64,000 bases of DNA from Planktothrix sp. GU0601_MAG3 (GTDB taxonomy: Bacteria; Cyanobacteriota; Cyanobacteriia; Cyanobacteriales; Microcoleaceae): assembly GCA_035193785.1 (NCBI GenBank), contig CP136572.1:2388578-2452577 (forward strand), written 5' to 3'. The stretch's first letter is position 1. Every line of letters begins with the position of its first letter. Shown piece by piece: positions 32,535 to 43,628 of this stretch. A program made the position numbers and the translations under genes. The notes below the pieces were generated by a model. That model was not told where the DNA came from, searched no databases, and saw only the letters and a program-made list of their open reading frames with translations.

Positions 32535-34098
32535 TCAATCATCCTCTAGTTTCAGTAATTGTTGATCAAGGAGTTGGATACGCTTTTGGGCAACGGTTTC
32601 TGATAAAATTCGTTTCCGCATTGCGTCGTTAAGAACGCCTTTTTCCGCCAAGAGTAAACGCCGACGAATCGCGTCTAATTTACTAATATAATCTCCCTTA
32701 GACTGTTCAAAATCTACCGGACGCCGATTATAAAATTCTCGCAAAGACTTTTCGGCCCCGGCTATTTTTACCTGATAAGTAGAACGCATTTCTTCATAGA
32801 CCGATTTCGGTAAGATTCCAGACTTTAATAAACTATCCAATTCGTCCTGGGCGGCTTTAGCGGTAATTAATTCCGCTTGCCATTCTTCCACCCGTTGCTG
32901 TGTCAAGGAAACCGTTGATAAATTCAATTGTTTAACTACCCAAGGTAAACTTAAACCTTGCCCAACTAAGGAAACTAAAACACTACCAAAAACCAAGGTA
33001 ATTAAAATATCTCGTCCCGGAAGGGTGGTCGGTAAACTTAAAGCCAAAGCCATGGATAGGGAGCCCTTAATATTCCCAAAAAATAACAAATGTTGCCAAC
33101 GCAGGGGAATTACCCGGTCAAACCGACTCGCCAACGCTAACAGGGGATAAACCGTTAAACCCCGGGCGACTTGGTACGCCAAAACCGCTAACAACACCGC
33201 AGGTAAGGTTTGCCAGAAGGTTACTAGGTCAATTTCTACCCCAATTAATAGAAAAATAAAGGTATTAACGGTAAAACCCGCATATTCCCAGAAACTCAAC
33301 AGGGTAATTCGACTGGAGGCTGTGGTTTGGCGGGACAGTCCCAGATTTCCAAAAATTAATCCCGCCACCACCACCGCCACTGCACCGGATACCCCCAGTA
33401 ACTCCCCGACCTGAAAGGTTCCCAACGCCACAGCCACGGTCAGTAATAGACTATTGAGGGGGTCATCTAAGCGGGCAAAGATGGGGATAGTTAGGTAGCC
33501 TAGGACTAACCCCACCAGACTTCCACCAATGGAGGAAAAAACCAGTTGTTGGAAGCTCTCCAGGACAGTGAGGGAACCTGTAGCATAAAATTGTGCCATC
33601 AGATGAAAGCACACCAGGGCCGCCGCATCGTTAAACAGGGTTTCCCCCTCGACAATGGTAGAAAGTCGGGAGGGGACGGGAATTTCCTTAAAAACGGCAA
33701 TCATGGAAACCGTATCGGTATTGGCCAACATCACGCCCATAAAGAAGGCGGATATCCAATCGAGTCCTAGGCCAAATTTTAATAAAACCGCAATAATTCC
33801 ACCGGAAACAAATCGCCCCGGGGCCGGCTAACAGGGCAATCGGTTTAAAGGTGCTGCGCAGACGACTAACATCGGTATTAATCCCGGCCTCAAAGATGAG
33901 AATGGGTAAAAATAGATTCAACACTAAAACCGGGTCTAAACCCACGGATTGAGAGAGAAATTCCGAGAAGGGCAAACCGGCCAGCACTAAACCTGTAACG
34001 TAGGGAATCCCGATCTTGCGGGAGAATAGGGCCACACCCGTCGAAACCAGTAGGAGAATAATTGAAATTCTGACTAATTCGGTAACATCCACTCTCAA
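32535..34098 (-). CDS. Na+/H+ antiporter (CPA1 family); apparent +1 frameshift ~33806
   Basis: FLPILIFEAG, TDTVS, IVEGETLFNDAAA. Confidence 0.88.
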
Positions 34099-34184
34099 TC
34101 CTGCTGAATAATAAGTCTTTAAATATTAACAATTAACCTTGCCAGACGGTAAGATGAATGTCAACCCAAAATTAAGGCTTGGCT

Positions 34185-34871
34185 ATGTATGTTCTGATCG
34201 GTGGTGGGGGATTAGTGGGGTTAAGTTTAGCCCAAAAATTGTTAGAACTTGGGCATACGGTGGCAGTTATTGATATTGATCCCACTAGCTGTCGTTATGC
34301 CCGGGAAAAAATTGGGGCCATGGCCTTTGAAGGCAGTGCGGTGAGTACGGATGTATTATTGGAAGCCGGAATTCGGAAGGCGAATTCCTTGGCGGCGATG
34401 CTCAGAAGTGATGCCCTGAATTTGGCCATGGTCACCCTGGCGAAACATTACGGAGTTCCCCATATTTTAAGCCGGATGCGCCACCCCGATTTTGCCGAAC
34501 CGTTGCGTTTGTCGGGGGCGAATCATATTGTGAGTACCGTGGAATTAGGGGTATCTACGATGGTCAATGCCATTGAGTATCCGCAAGTGGAATCTATGAT
34601 GCACTTTGAGCAGGGACAAATTGAGGTGCTCAAGCTGCCCATTCCCGAGCGTTGTCGTGTGGCGGGTCGGAGTGTGGCGGCAATTGCCCAGGATGCAAGG
34701 TTTCCCGAAAGTTCTCTAATTGTCGGTTATCAACCCCACCCCCACGATGATTTGATGATTCCCAATGGGAGTACGGTTTTAGAACCTGGGTCTACTGTGT
34801 TAATTGTCACTAAACCGGGATCGTTACATCAAATGATTGATTTTATCGGTGTGTCTCAATCAATTTCTTAA
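34185..34871 (+). CDS. TrkA/KtrA-type NAD-binding RCK regulatory protein
   Basis: YVLIGGGGLVG..LA..L...GH.V.VID; C-terminal RCK_C IPNGSTVL. Confidence 0.88.
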   Translation: MYVLIGGGGLVGLSLAQKLLELGHTVAVIDIDPTSCRYAREKIGAMAFEGSAVSTDVLLEAGIRKANSLAAMLRSDALNLAMVTLAKHYGVPHILSRMRHPDFAEPLRLSGANHIVSTVELGVSTMVNAIEYPQVESMMHFEQGQIEVLKLPIPERCRVAGRSVAAIAQDARFPESSLIVGYQPHPHDDLMIPNGSTVLEPGSTVLIVTKPGSLHQMIDFIGVSQSIS

Positions 34872-35548
34872 CTTTTTGATTCTTTTTGCATTAATCTTTG
34901 TTTCAAGGGTTCAGGATCACCTCGACCTACCACCTGACCATTTTCTAATAAAAATGCCCCATCACTATAGTCTAATTCCTCTAAACGGTGTGTCACCCAT
35001 AGGGCGGTGATGCCTCGGGTTTTTACTAACCGTTGGACTTCAATCACTAAATCATTTTGACTATCGGGATCTAATAATGCCGTTGGTTCATCTAATAATA
35101 ATACTTGGCAATGTCGGGCTAAGGCTCCGGCGATCGCAATTCTTTGTTTTTGCCCCCCACTTAAGGCATAAATCGGACGCCGTTGTAAATCCAATAATTT
35201 CACCGCCGTTAAGGCGTCTTCTACCCGTTGTTTCACTTCAACCCAGGGTAACTTATCCTCCACTAATCCAAAGGCGACATCCGCCCCCACCGTTGGCATA
35301 ACTAACTGATGATCGGGATTTTGAAATACAAACCCCACCCGTCCTTGGAGTTGGATTTCCCCCGATTTCGACTCTAATAACCCCGCTAATAATCTCAATA
35401 AGGTGGATTTTCCACTGCCATTAGTTCCTAAAAGCATCCAAAACTCACCTTGAGGAACATCTAGGGAACAGGATTTTAAGACCTGCGCCCCGCTTGGCCA
35501 ACTAAAGCATAGTTCTTTTACCCGTATCGCTGGACTTGAAGATTCCAT
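34868..35548 (-). CDS. ECF/CbiO-type ABC ATP-binding protein
   Basis: GTNGSGKST, FQNPDHQL, LSGGQKQR, LLDEPT. Confidence 0.9.
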   Translation of the reverse strand: MESSSPAIRVKELCFSWPSGAQVLKSCSLDVPQGEFWMLLGTNGSGKSTLLRLLAGLLESKSGEIQLQGRVGFVFQNPDHQLVMPTVGADVAFGLVEDKLPWVEVKQRVEDALTAVKLLDLQRRPIYALSGGQKQRIAIAGALARHCQVLLLDEPTALLDPDSQNDLVIEVQRLVKTRGITALWVTHRLEELDYSDGAFLLENGQVVGRGDPEPLKQRLMQKESKS

Positions 35549-35565
35549 GCTCGTTGTTGTTCCCT

Positions 35566-35835
35566 CTATTCTGCCTTTGCACCCACAAAACCCGGAGGTC
35601 TTCCCGCGGCATTTCCTCCGGTTTTATCGGAAATTTGTACCGCAGAAATCTCACTACTGAGAATTGCCAGTTTTTTATCTGTGATTTTATCACAAGTAAA
35701 TTCTAAGACCTGGGCATTCCCTCCCCGCAGTGCCTCTAAAATCTGATTGTAAGCCCCTTGGGCATCCTCAGCAGATTTTTTTTGAATTGATAAAGGGGTG
35801 GGAGTGTATTTAACAATAATGTCTACGGTGAACAT
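35566..35835 (-). CDS. Conserved cyanobacterial hypothetical protein
   Basis: 89-aa ORF, co-oriented between the DUF2237 and ABC ATPase genes. Confidence 0.75.
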   Translation of the reverse strand: MFTVDIIVKYTPTPLSIQKKSAEDAQGAYNQILEALRGGNAQVLEFTCDKITDKKLAILSSEISAVQISDKTGGNAAGRPPGFVGAKAE

Positions 35836-35886
35836 AGGATCTCAAAAACCGTTAATAATTTCAATTTCTTACTATATCGTTTTCAG

Positions 35887-36255
35887 CTAACCCTGAACGG
35901 CATATTGTTGTAACTGATTCAGAGAAACTACTTCCAACGCCCTAGCATGGGTTGATTCTAACACCACCGGGGGCGCGACTCCCGCATCCAGGGCTTCTTG
36001 CCAACGGGAGGCACACAAACACCACCGATCCCCCGATTTTAACCCCGGAAACCCAAAAGCACCGGAGGGGGTGCTCAGGTCGTTTCCTTGGGCTTTTGTA
36101 TATTCCAAAAATTCCGGGGTCACTTGGGCACAAATCACATGAACGCCAAAATCCTGTCCCCCAGTATAACAAAACCCATCCCGATAAAATCCGGTCATTG
36201 GATCGGAGCAACACATTTCCAGTTTTCCGCCTAAAACATTTCTGGCTTCTTGCAT
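35887..36255 (-). CDS. DUF2237 family protein
   Basis: NVLG..L..C..DPMTGFYRDG.C, GNDLSTP, GLK.GDRWCLCA.RW. Confidence 0.9.
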   Translation of the reverse strand: MQEARNVLGGKLEMCCSDPMTGFYRDGFCYTGGQDFGVHVICAQVTPEFLEYTKAQGNDLSTPSGAFGFPGLKSGDRWCLCASRWQEALDAGVAPPVVLESTHARALEVVSLNQLQQYAVQG

Positions 36256-36335
36256 TATTTTTCTCTCAACTTTAATTAATTCTACCTTAAATCATAAGCC
36301 GTTGTTGCGCTTAAGCGCATCTTAACCGCATCCCC

Positions 36336-37523
36336 TTACAACCCCAACAAAATTTCCGCCAAATATTCATATTGAGATAAACTATTATAAATTTGAGCCG
36401 AAATTCTCATTAAAGGTTTCGTTTGATCTTCCCAGGGCATAATTGGCACTTCAATTTGATAGTCTTCCCAAAGTTTTTGATTCAAATCAGAATAATTTTG
36501 CCATCTTTCCCCTAAAGGTAAAACTGCCATTGAACCGATCATATCATCAGGACAGGGTGAAATTATTCCTATTTTTTCTGATAATAATTTTCGAGCATTT
36601 ACCACTAAGTTATGATTGGTTTTGATTAATTCTGACCAACCTCCGGGTAATAGAGAACCCATAAATTTAATGGCTTCGGGAATAGATAAATAAGTGCTGG
36701 GGTCGGGGGTTCCTGTCCAGTCAAATTCCAATAAAAATCGAGAGCGATCGCTTCTGGTTGAATTAGCTCCATGACTAATTGTAACCGGACGAATTAATGA
36801 TTGTTTATTCTGTTGTACCGATAAAAATGCGGCTCCCTTGGGTGCAGATAACCATTTATGACAATTTCCAGTATAGTAAGTTGCCCCAATTTCCTGTAAA
36901 TTTAGCTCTAACATTCCGGGTGCGTGGGCACCATCAACTAAAGTATCTATTCCTAAATTAGTTAATTTTTTAATAATTTCTTGAATTGGAAAAATTAACC
37001 CGGTTTGGCTAGTAATATGATCGATTAATACTAATTTTGTTCGAGGAGAGACTTTTTCCATAATCGCATCAATAATTTGTTCAGATGAAGCCACAGGAAA
37101 AGGAATATCTGCTATAATAATTTTAGCTCCTGTGCGACTAGCAACAAAATCTAATACATTTCGACAGGCATTATATTCATGATTGGTTGTCAGTAATTCA
37201 TCTTGTTCCGAGAAAATTAGCGATCGCAAAACCGTATTTACCCCCGTTGTCGCATTGGGAACAAATACTAACTCCTCGGGATTTGCCCCGACAAAATTAG
37301 CTAATTCAACCCTAGCATTATCTAGTAAAATTTCATATTTTCTGGCATAAAAATGACAAGGTTGTTGTTCAAGTTGTTGGCGAAATTGAGATTGAGCATC
37401 TAACACCGGAATTGGACAAGCACCAAAAGCACCATGATTCAGAAAAGTGATTTCTGGATCAAATAACCAATATCGAGAAAAGGGAGAATATTCAGGTTTA
37501 GTCTGTAAAATAGCGTCTTTCAT
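36336..37523 (-). CDS. Class V PLP-dependent aminotransferase (isopenicillin N epimerase-like)
   Basis: FLNHGAFGA, VDGAHAPG, GNCHKWL, RISAQIYN. Confidence 0.88.
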   Translation of the reverse strand: MKDAILQTKPEYSPFSRYWLFDPEITFLNHGAFGACPIPVLDAQSQFRQQLEQQPCHFYARKYEILLDNARVELANFVGANPEELVFVPNATTGVNTVLRSLIFSEQDELLTTNHEYNACRNVLDFVASRTGAKIIIADIPFPVASSEQIIDAIMEKVSPRTKLVLIDHITSQTGLIFPIQEIIKKLTNLGIDTLVDGAHAPGMLELNLQEIGATYYTGNCHKWLSAPKGAAFLSVQQNKQSLIRPVTISHGANSTRSDRSRFLLEFDWTGTPDPSTYLSIPEAIKFMGSLLPGGWSELIKTNHNLVVNARKLLSEKIGIISPCPDDMIGSMAVLPLGERWQNYSDLNQKLWEDYQIEVPIMPWEDQTKPLMRISAQIYNSLSQYEYLAEILLGL

Positions 37524-37823
37524 GTTTGATTAAATTAACAACTATTTGATCCTAAACCAATTCTGAACTTAAAAAAACCTATTTTTTTGAGACAATTTTT
37601 CCCAAGTCCAGTACATTAGAAATACCGTATCAATCCCAAAGGTTTATGATCCTAGCCAGCTTTTTTGGGTTTCTGGCGACATCTAAAATCGGTGAAGTGG
37701 CGACCTTGTGCTGTTCATACCCATTTTGTTAGACTAATTGATCGCAGTGCTAATCTAGTGGCGGATCAATTAATTGTCCTGTTTCCTATCCTAATTAAAC
37801 AGATTAAAAGAACTCAGCGGCGG

Positions 37824-38765
37824 ATGATTCGTTTCTGCCGTTTTTTTCTATATTTGAATCCCAAAACCTTTAAAAAACTGATTCAGGCGACCATAGAACA
37901 ACGTCTACCGGGTTTTGCTGCGGAAATGGCTTATCATGCTACCTTAGCATTATTTCCGGCGGTATTAGCCCTATTAATAGCTTTAAGTTCCTTTGAATTA
38001 TTGCAAATGGAACTCTATCAAATGGCAACCTTACTGAGTCAAATTGTCCCAGAAGATGTCCAGAATTTAATAGGAAATGGAATTGATCATTTATCTCTAA
38101 CGCCGAGTTCAGGTTTACTGTCCGTCAGTTTTATTGCCTCTTTGTGGATTTTTTCCGGTGTAATTGGTGCTGCGATGACCGCCTTAAATCATATTCATGG
38201 AGTGGAAAAGACTCATATTAGACCGTTTTGGAAAAATAAATTACTTGCCCTATCCCTAGCATTCGGAACAATATTATTATTAATTTTAGCATCGGCATCA
38301 GTATTAGTGAGTGACATAATTGTGGGAGGAATTGCCCGTCAAAGTTGTATGATTGAAACCATCGGAAACTGTGCCCTGGAGGATTTAGCCATTTGCATGA
38401 TTCAGCCACCAGTACAAAATTGTTTATTAGAATCAACCCTATTAGAAACCTGGCAAAAACTACGGTGGCCGATTACCTTGGGAATTGTTTCTACCAATTA
38501 TGCTTTTATTTATCGCTATGCTCCCAATTATCGAAAACACGGAACTCCCCTGATGCCCGGAGCAATTTTAGCCGCTGTATTTTGGGCGTTAGTGTCTAAT
38601 TTATTTCGTTTATATGTTTACTATTTTGGCAAATTTAATATTACCTACGGCACAATTGGTGCGTTTGTAGTTTTGTTACTCTGGCTGCAAATTAGTTCCT
38701 TAATTATGCTGGTAGGGGCTCAACTTAATGTAATTGTGGGAGATGAAATGAAAAGGAAAATCTAA
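37824..38765 (+). CDS. YihY/virulence factor BrkB family membrane protein (start uncertain)
   Basis: AAEMAY...ALFP, PGAILA, TYGTIGA.VVLLLWL. Confidence 0.85.
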   Translation: MIRFCRFFLYLNPKTFKKLIQATIEQRLPGFAAEMAYHATLALFPAVLALLIALSSFELLQMELYQMATLLSQIVPEDVQNLIGNGIDHLSLTPSSGLLSVSFIASLWIFSGVIGAAMTALNHIHGVEKTHIRPFWKNKLLALSLAFGTILLLILASASVLVSDIIVGGIARQSCMIETIGNCALEDLAICMIQPPVQNCLLESTLLETWQKLRWPITLGIVSTNYAFIYRYAPNYRKHGTPLMPGAILAAVFWALVSNLFRLYVYYFGKFNITYGTIGAFVVLLLWLQISSLIMLVGAQLNVIVGDEMKRKI

Positions 38766-38804
38766 GTGTTTAAATAGAATTAAGTCTCTGAGCAAAGTAC
38801 AAAC

Positions 38805-39236
38805 ATGAATATGCCACTATCTTTACAAACCATTGCTGAACAAGTTCAAGAATTACTGAAAGCTGAAACGGTCGTCGTCTCCCTGGCAGAATCCTCTGGT
38901 GAGCAAGTTTATCATGTAGCCGCCGTTGGCAAATATGCAGCAGATATTGTGGGAAAACGAGCAGATGCAGCCACATCGGGTTTGTGTGGAACCGCCTTTC
39001 AAGGTTCATGTCCCGTTTTAATTGCACAAACAAAAGGAGATCCTCGAGTTCGCCAAGATTATGTGCAAGCCTGGGGAATTGAAAGTGCTTTAGCGATACC
39101 CTTATTTTCCCAGGGTCAACTTTGGGGGGCTTTAATGGCTTTTAATCGTTTAGATGGTGAACGTTTTAATCAACAAGATCAGCAGAATTTAGTGGATTAT
39201 ACAACAGAGATTTCTGTTCCAATTCAAAGCACTTAA
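38805..39236 (+). CDS. Stand-alone GAF domain protein
   Basis: GLCG, DPR, SALAIPL...G...GAL...N.....F. Confidence 0.8.
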   Translation: MNMPLSLQTIAEQVQELLKAETVVVSLAESSGEQVYHVAAVGKYAADIVGKRADAATSGLCGTAFQGSCPVLIAQTKGDPRVRQDYVQAWGIESALAIPLFSQGQLWGALMAFNRLDGERFNQQDQQNLVDYTTEISVPIQST

Positions 39237-39387
39237 TCGTCAGAATTGAAACGTCAAAATTAAAGATAATCATAAAAAGCAAAATCCGCGACGTCACTCC
39301 TTGCTTGATCCATCAGGCATGAAGCGGGAGTTGGGGCGCGGTAGATACAAAAGCAGTTTTCAGGTCTGAAAATCACCAAAACTAGAA

Positions 39388-39585
39388 CTACGACATCCGT
39401 TTTTTGCCGAAGGCACGTCTTTGACGTTGATTAGCGATCGCCTTACGCTTACGCTTCTCTGGAGGGGTTTCAAAGTGACGATTTTTTCTAACATCCGCCA
39501 AAATACCGGCCTTAGAAACTTCCCTCTTAAAACGTCTTAATGCTGACTCTAGCTGTTCATTTTCACCCAGAATAACTTGGGTCAT
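39388..39585 (-). CDS. rpsU: 30S ribosomal protein S21
   Basis: [22 protein letters not shown]...[20 protein letters not shown] upstream. Confidence 0.95.
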   Translation of the reverse strand: MTQVILGENEQLESALRRFKREVSKAGILADVRKNRHFETPPEKRKRKAIANQRQRRAFGKKRMS

Positions 39586-39746
39586 GTCCTCTCCTTGAAT
39601 GGTCTACAACAACATTTGAAAATCTTTTGTGAGATTATTCTCCTTCATGCAATATTACAACAATGGGTAATATTCAGTCCATGTTTTGACACTCCCACCC
39701 CTACGCTACGCTAAGGGGTGGGATTCTCGTATCTAGCCCAGTCAAA

Positions 39747-42190
39747 GTTAGAGTCGATTAGGGAGTTACCCCCCTAACCTCTCCTTCAGAAACCGTGCGT
39801 GATACTTTCGCATCACACGGCTCCTTGATAATTCCATCCTTGTTATGGATACGATTCAAAACGGGTTGTTTTCATAATTCTCAACTATTGGTAATTGCTT
39901 ACTTTTAATTAAAGAACCATCATTAGCCGTTTTTGTGTCGTGACAATGCTTGTGTAGGAGTTGCCAGTTTTTATAGGTGTCTTTTCCACCTAATGTTGTT
40001 GGTGTTATATGGTCAACTTCTACCTTGTCTGTACTTGTAAAATACAGACCACAGTGAGGACAAATACCCTTCTGTTTCTTGATAAGTGTTGCCACTCTTT
40101 TAGGAGTTTCTGGATATTCGCCTCTACGCTTACTCCAATAAATCCAGTTACCATCAAACGGACTAACTTCACTTTTAACCTTTGTATGCTTTACGATTGG
40201 CATACTGCTATGGGTGAGTAATTCCGTTCCGTCTTCTGTACTGAAACACCAATTTCTGTCGCCTACTGTTCTCCAGTATTTATCTTTATTGATGTTCCCT
40301 TTTCCCCTCGTTTTTGCCCAAGCTCTTAACTTGTCGTAAGTTAGATGGTCAACCTTGTTAAAGGTTTCTTTACTAACAACTGTTGAGTAATAGTTTGACC
40401 AGCCTCTTATAATTGGATTCAGCTTACTAATTAAAGCAGCTTGTGGGGCGGTCTTATGGGCATCTATTACTTCAGCTATTTTGACAAGGTGGGTTTTGAT
40501 TTTGGCTTTTGAGGGTGTGATTAATGTACTAAAACCTAGCGGTGTTCCATTCGTGTTGTTGGCACATCGGTAGTTCCCTACTTTGTGTTGTTGGATATGG
40601 AACCCTAAAAACTCAAACCCGATATTTCCATCAATTTCATTGAGGGTGTGGGTTAATTTTGTTTTACTTGATTTCAATTCTAGTCCCATGTCGTTTAACC
40701 AATCTGCAATTATCTCTTGACACTTTTTGACTACGTTTAAATCCTTATGGATTATCACAAAATCATCAGCGTATCGGATTAGACTAAGGGATTCACAATT
40801 AACCCGTTTTTGCCCTTTAAGAGTTTCTGCATATTGCTTGACTCTATTTTCTATACCATGTAAGGCTATATTCGCAAGTAGGGGTGAAATCACCCCGCCT
40901 TGTGGTGTACCATCATTAGTAGGAAAAAGTTCTTTTCCGACACAGTACCCTGCTTTGAGCCATATTTTAATTTGACGGCTTAATGTGGGGTATGTGTGTA
41001 TTTTGGAGATTAACGCTTTATGGTTTATGCGGTCGAAGCATTTTGAGATATCAGCATCAAGTACATATTTGGATTTGTATCTAATACTGTTAAATATTGC
41101 TTCGATTGCATCGTGACATGAGCGTCCTGGTCTAAAACCATAACTGTTTGGCTCGAATTTAGCCTCCCATTCTGGTTCTAACGCTAATTTTACTAATGCT
41201 TGTAGTGCGCGGTCGTTTATTGTGGGTATTCCTAATGGACGGGTTTCAGTTGTACCAGGTTTAGGTATTTCAACTCTACGAGTTGGTTTGGCTTTATTGG
41301 TTAACTTTAGTCGTCCTACAAGGTTCATACGTTGCTTTGGAGTCAGAGATTTAACTCCGTCTACACCTGCCGTATTTTTACCTTGGTTATCTTGTGTTAC
41401 CCGACGAACAGCGATACATTTAGCTGACCAGGAATTAATCAGGGTCTTCTGAAGTTTGCGAACTGCTTTAACATCGCCTCGTGTACTCGCTTGAAATATT
41501 CGCTTTTGCAACTTAAAAGTTACCTTTTCTAGCTTGCGCCAGTTAAGGTCTTTCCATTCCACCGTCAGATTGTTCTGCGTTTTAGATTTATTCATTGCTA
41601 CTTGTTCTATTTCTTTGGAATTACCGAGCGTCTGTTAGCATATCCCTTGCATTACCAAGGGCATTCGCTTTTGACACCATCCCATCCCCATATATCATTC
41701 GTTAGCTACTTACTGGATTTTCGACCTTTTCCAGAGATATATAGGGATTACTTCGTTCCAATTACACATTTGTTTGAAGTCTTTAGCGTGATGCTTTCCA
41801 TCGGGTTTATTGGGCGGTGCTTATAAGTCGTTTCTCTAAAACGCCTATGCCCTATCCTTGCCTTTTGGCTTGGTGTTAGTCATTGTTGACTTAGCCATTA
41901 CACCATTTCAACTTACGATGGTTCAGACACATCTTTGCTTACGCTACGCATGGACTTCTTGCTCGATAGTTACCAGATTTGGCTACCAGTAGTTCTACCT
42001 TTTAACCCCGCTTTAGCCTGTTGGTTGCTATCCAATCAAACTAGGGGTTATGCTTTCACCTCAGCACTTGGGGGGTAGGACTTGTCGTACAACGACTCAC
42101 CCACAAATGTAATCAGTTATCACCAGTTTCAACAACTGGGTTAACCGTCCCATAAGCTTTTCAGCTTATTTTAGGTTAAACGAATCGCAC
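39747..42190 (-). mobile_element. Group II intron, copy 2
   Basis: CGCAC (reverse complement of GTGCG) ends at 42190; domains V/VI at 39747-39823. Confidence 0.93.
39856..41595 (-). CDS. ltrA: Group II intron reverse transcriptase/maturase with HNH endonuclease
   Basis: Translation identical to 5334-7073. Confidence 0.95.
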   Translation of the reverse strand: MNKSKTQNNLTVEWKDLNWRKLEKVTFKLQKRIFQASTRGDVKAVRKLQKTLINSWSAKCIAVRRVTQDNQGKNTAGVDGVKSLTPKQRMNLVGRLKLTNKAKPTRRVEIPKPGTTETRPLGIPTINDRALQALVKLALEPEWEAKFEPNSYGFRPGRSCHDAIEAIFNSIRYKSKYVLDADISKCFDRINHKALISKIHTYPTLSRQIKIWLKAGYCVGKELFPTNDGTPQGGVISPLLANIALHGIENRVKQYAETLKGQKRVNCESLSLIRYADDFVIIHKDLNVVKKCQEIIADWLNDMGLELKSSKTKLTHTLNEIDGNIGFEFLGFHIQQHKVGNYRCANNTNGTPLGFSTLITPSKAKIKTHLVKIAEVIDAHKTAPQAALISKLNPIIRGWSNYYSTVVSKETFNKVDHLTYDKLRAWAKTRGKGNINKDKYWRTVGDRNWCFSTEDGTELLTHSSMPIVKHTKVKSEVSPFDGNWIYWSKRRGEYPETPKRVATLIKKQKGICPHCGLYFTSTDKVEVDHITPTTLGGKDTYKNWQLLHKHCHDTKTANDGSLIKSKQLPIVENYENNPF

Positions 42191-43366
42191 CAGAGATAGT
42201 TGAACATACTCTTGTTTGACTGTATTCACCGAGTTCAGGGGTGTGCCAAGCACCCCATCAGTTAAACCGGATGAATCCATTACAGAAGCATCTCTCTGTA
42301 GGTCTAACTGACAAGAAAAACCGTCCCATTGAGCTAGGTTTTTCGCAGCATTCAAATCAGAGTTATGGTAGTGACCATAAGAGCAATTAAAATCATGTCG
42401 ATTTCTTTTGCCAATAACACCACAAGTTGAGCAAGACTTAGAAGTATATGGCGCAGGTCTTCTAATTAACTTCAATCCTTTAAGAGCTAACTTATAATTA
42501 AGTTTTTGTTCCAAAGAATAATAAGACCAATTATGCCGAGATTGACCAGAATCAGAACGAGATTTCTTGCTCTGTTTCATAGTTTTACGACAACCTTCCA
42601 AATCCTCAATCACAACATCAGCGTTGTGGTATTCGGCAAAACGAACAATTCGACGACTGACAGTATGGTTAATTGCATCCATCCATCGTCGTTCTTTTTT
42701 GTCCCATTTCTTTAAAGCTCGAAACTTTTTAGCTTCTTGAAGTTGTTTTCTTCGTTGTTGAAAATAACGTCTCCGATGCTTAACGCTTTGACCATTAAAG
42801 AACTTACCAAAACCTTCTTTTGGTGCAACTACCGCTAAATTATTCTGCCCTCGGTCACACCCTAATGTTTTCTCTGTCTTAACTTCTGGAACATCCTCAG
42901 TGATTGACAGATAGACATACCACTTATTTCTATGTTTAATTAACTTAAAAGATCCCCCTTGAATTGTTCCCTCTAGTAATCCATCTAAAATAGGTTGCCA
43001 GTGAGCGGATGTAACTTCAATGGGGATTCTTTTTTCACCTTTTAGAGTCGGGAAACTAATTGAATAAGTATTTCCTTTTTGAGTTAACTTCCAGTTTTGG
43101 TTATTAACTTCTACAGGAAGAACTTTGTATTGTTTAGTTTTACGACCCGTGGGGGATGTGGTATGTCGGATTACTTGGTTAACAAGGGCAGATTTTAACT
43201 CGGACATAATTTTAGCTGTCGTCATTTTACGCCGTTCTTTAATCGGAAATGACAACAGATTATTGGCAATCCGTGTGTTTTCTTCCGTCATTTGCTCAAA
43301 CATCTGAGCTTTACAACGGTTGAGATTCACGAATTTCAATTTAATCGTCCGAGTTATTTCTGTCAT
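42176..43366 (-). CDS. tnpB: RNA-guided endonuclease TnpB (spliced form ends at 39711)
   Basis: Translation identical to 3563-4753. Confidence 0.93.
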   Translation of the reverse strand: MTEITRTIKLKFVNLNRCKAQMFEQMTEENTRIANNLLSFPIKERRKMTTAKIMSELKSALVNQVIRHTTSPTGRKTKQYKVLPVEVNNQNWKLTQKGNTYSISFPTLKGEKRIPIEVTSAHWQPILDGLLEGTIQGGSFKLIKHRNKWYVYLSITEDVPEVKTEKTLGCDRGQNNLAVVAPKEGFGKFFNGQSVKHRRRYFQQRRKQLQEAKKFRALKKWDKKERRWMDAINHTVSRRIVRFAEYHNADVVIEDLEGCRKTMKQSKKSRSDSGQSRHNWSYYSLEQKLNYKLALKGLKLIRRPAPYTSKSCSTCGVIGKRNRHDFNCSYGHYHNSDLNAAKNLAQWDGFSCQLDLQRDASVMDSSGLTDGVLGTPLNSVNTVKQEYVQLSLVRFV

Positions 43367-43368
43367 GT

Positions 43369-43502
43369 TAACATTGAGAAAAGAATTTCCCCATTTACTT
43401 AAACTGCCTTCTTTGTGGAGTCGGAGCTATTATTGTGGGACGGCTGGCTCTGTTTCTAGTGAAACTATCAAGAAATATATTGCAAACCAAAACTCTCATT
43501 AA
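43369..43502 (+). pseudogene. tnpA: Y1 transposase TnpA, C-terminal remnant
   Basis: Same remnant as in copy 1. Confidence 0.85.
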
Positions 43503-43628
43503 CCTTCACTCCGCCTAAAGGCGGGTATTCTACATCCTACGCTTGAAAGACGTGGGCTTTGAATACGGTTATGGTAATGGCTACAACACGGGCAATATAT
43601 TGGGTTCGGTGAACCTACAAACTCAAGT

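Larger units (their letters stand above)
39686..43573 (-). mobile_element. IS200/IS605-family element carrying a group II intron, copy 2 (inverted)
   Basis: Reverse complement of 3356-7243, same length; TTAC on the minus strand at 43574-43577; right end TTGAC at 39686. Confidence 0.93.
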
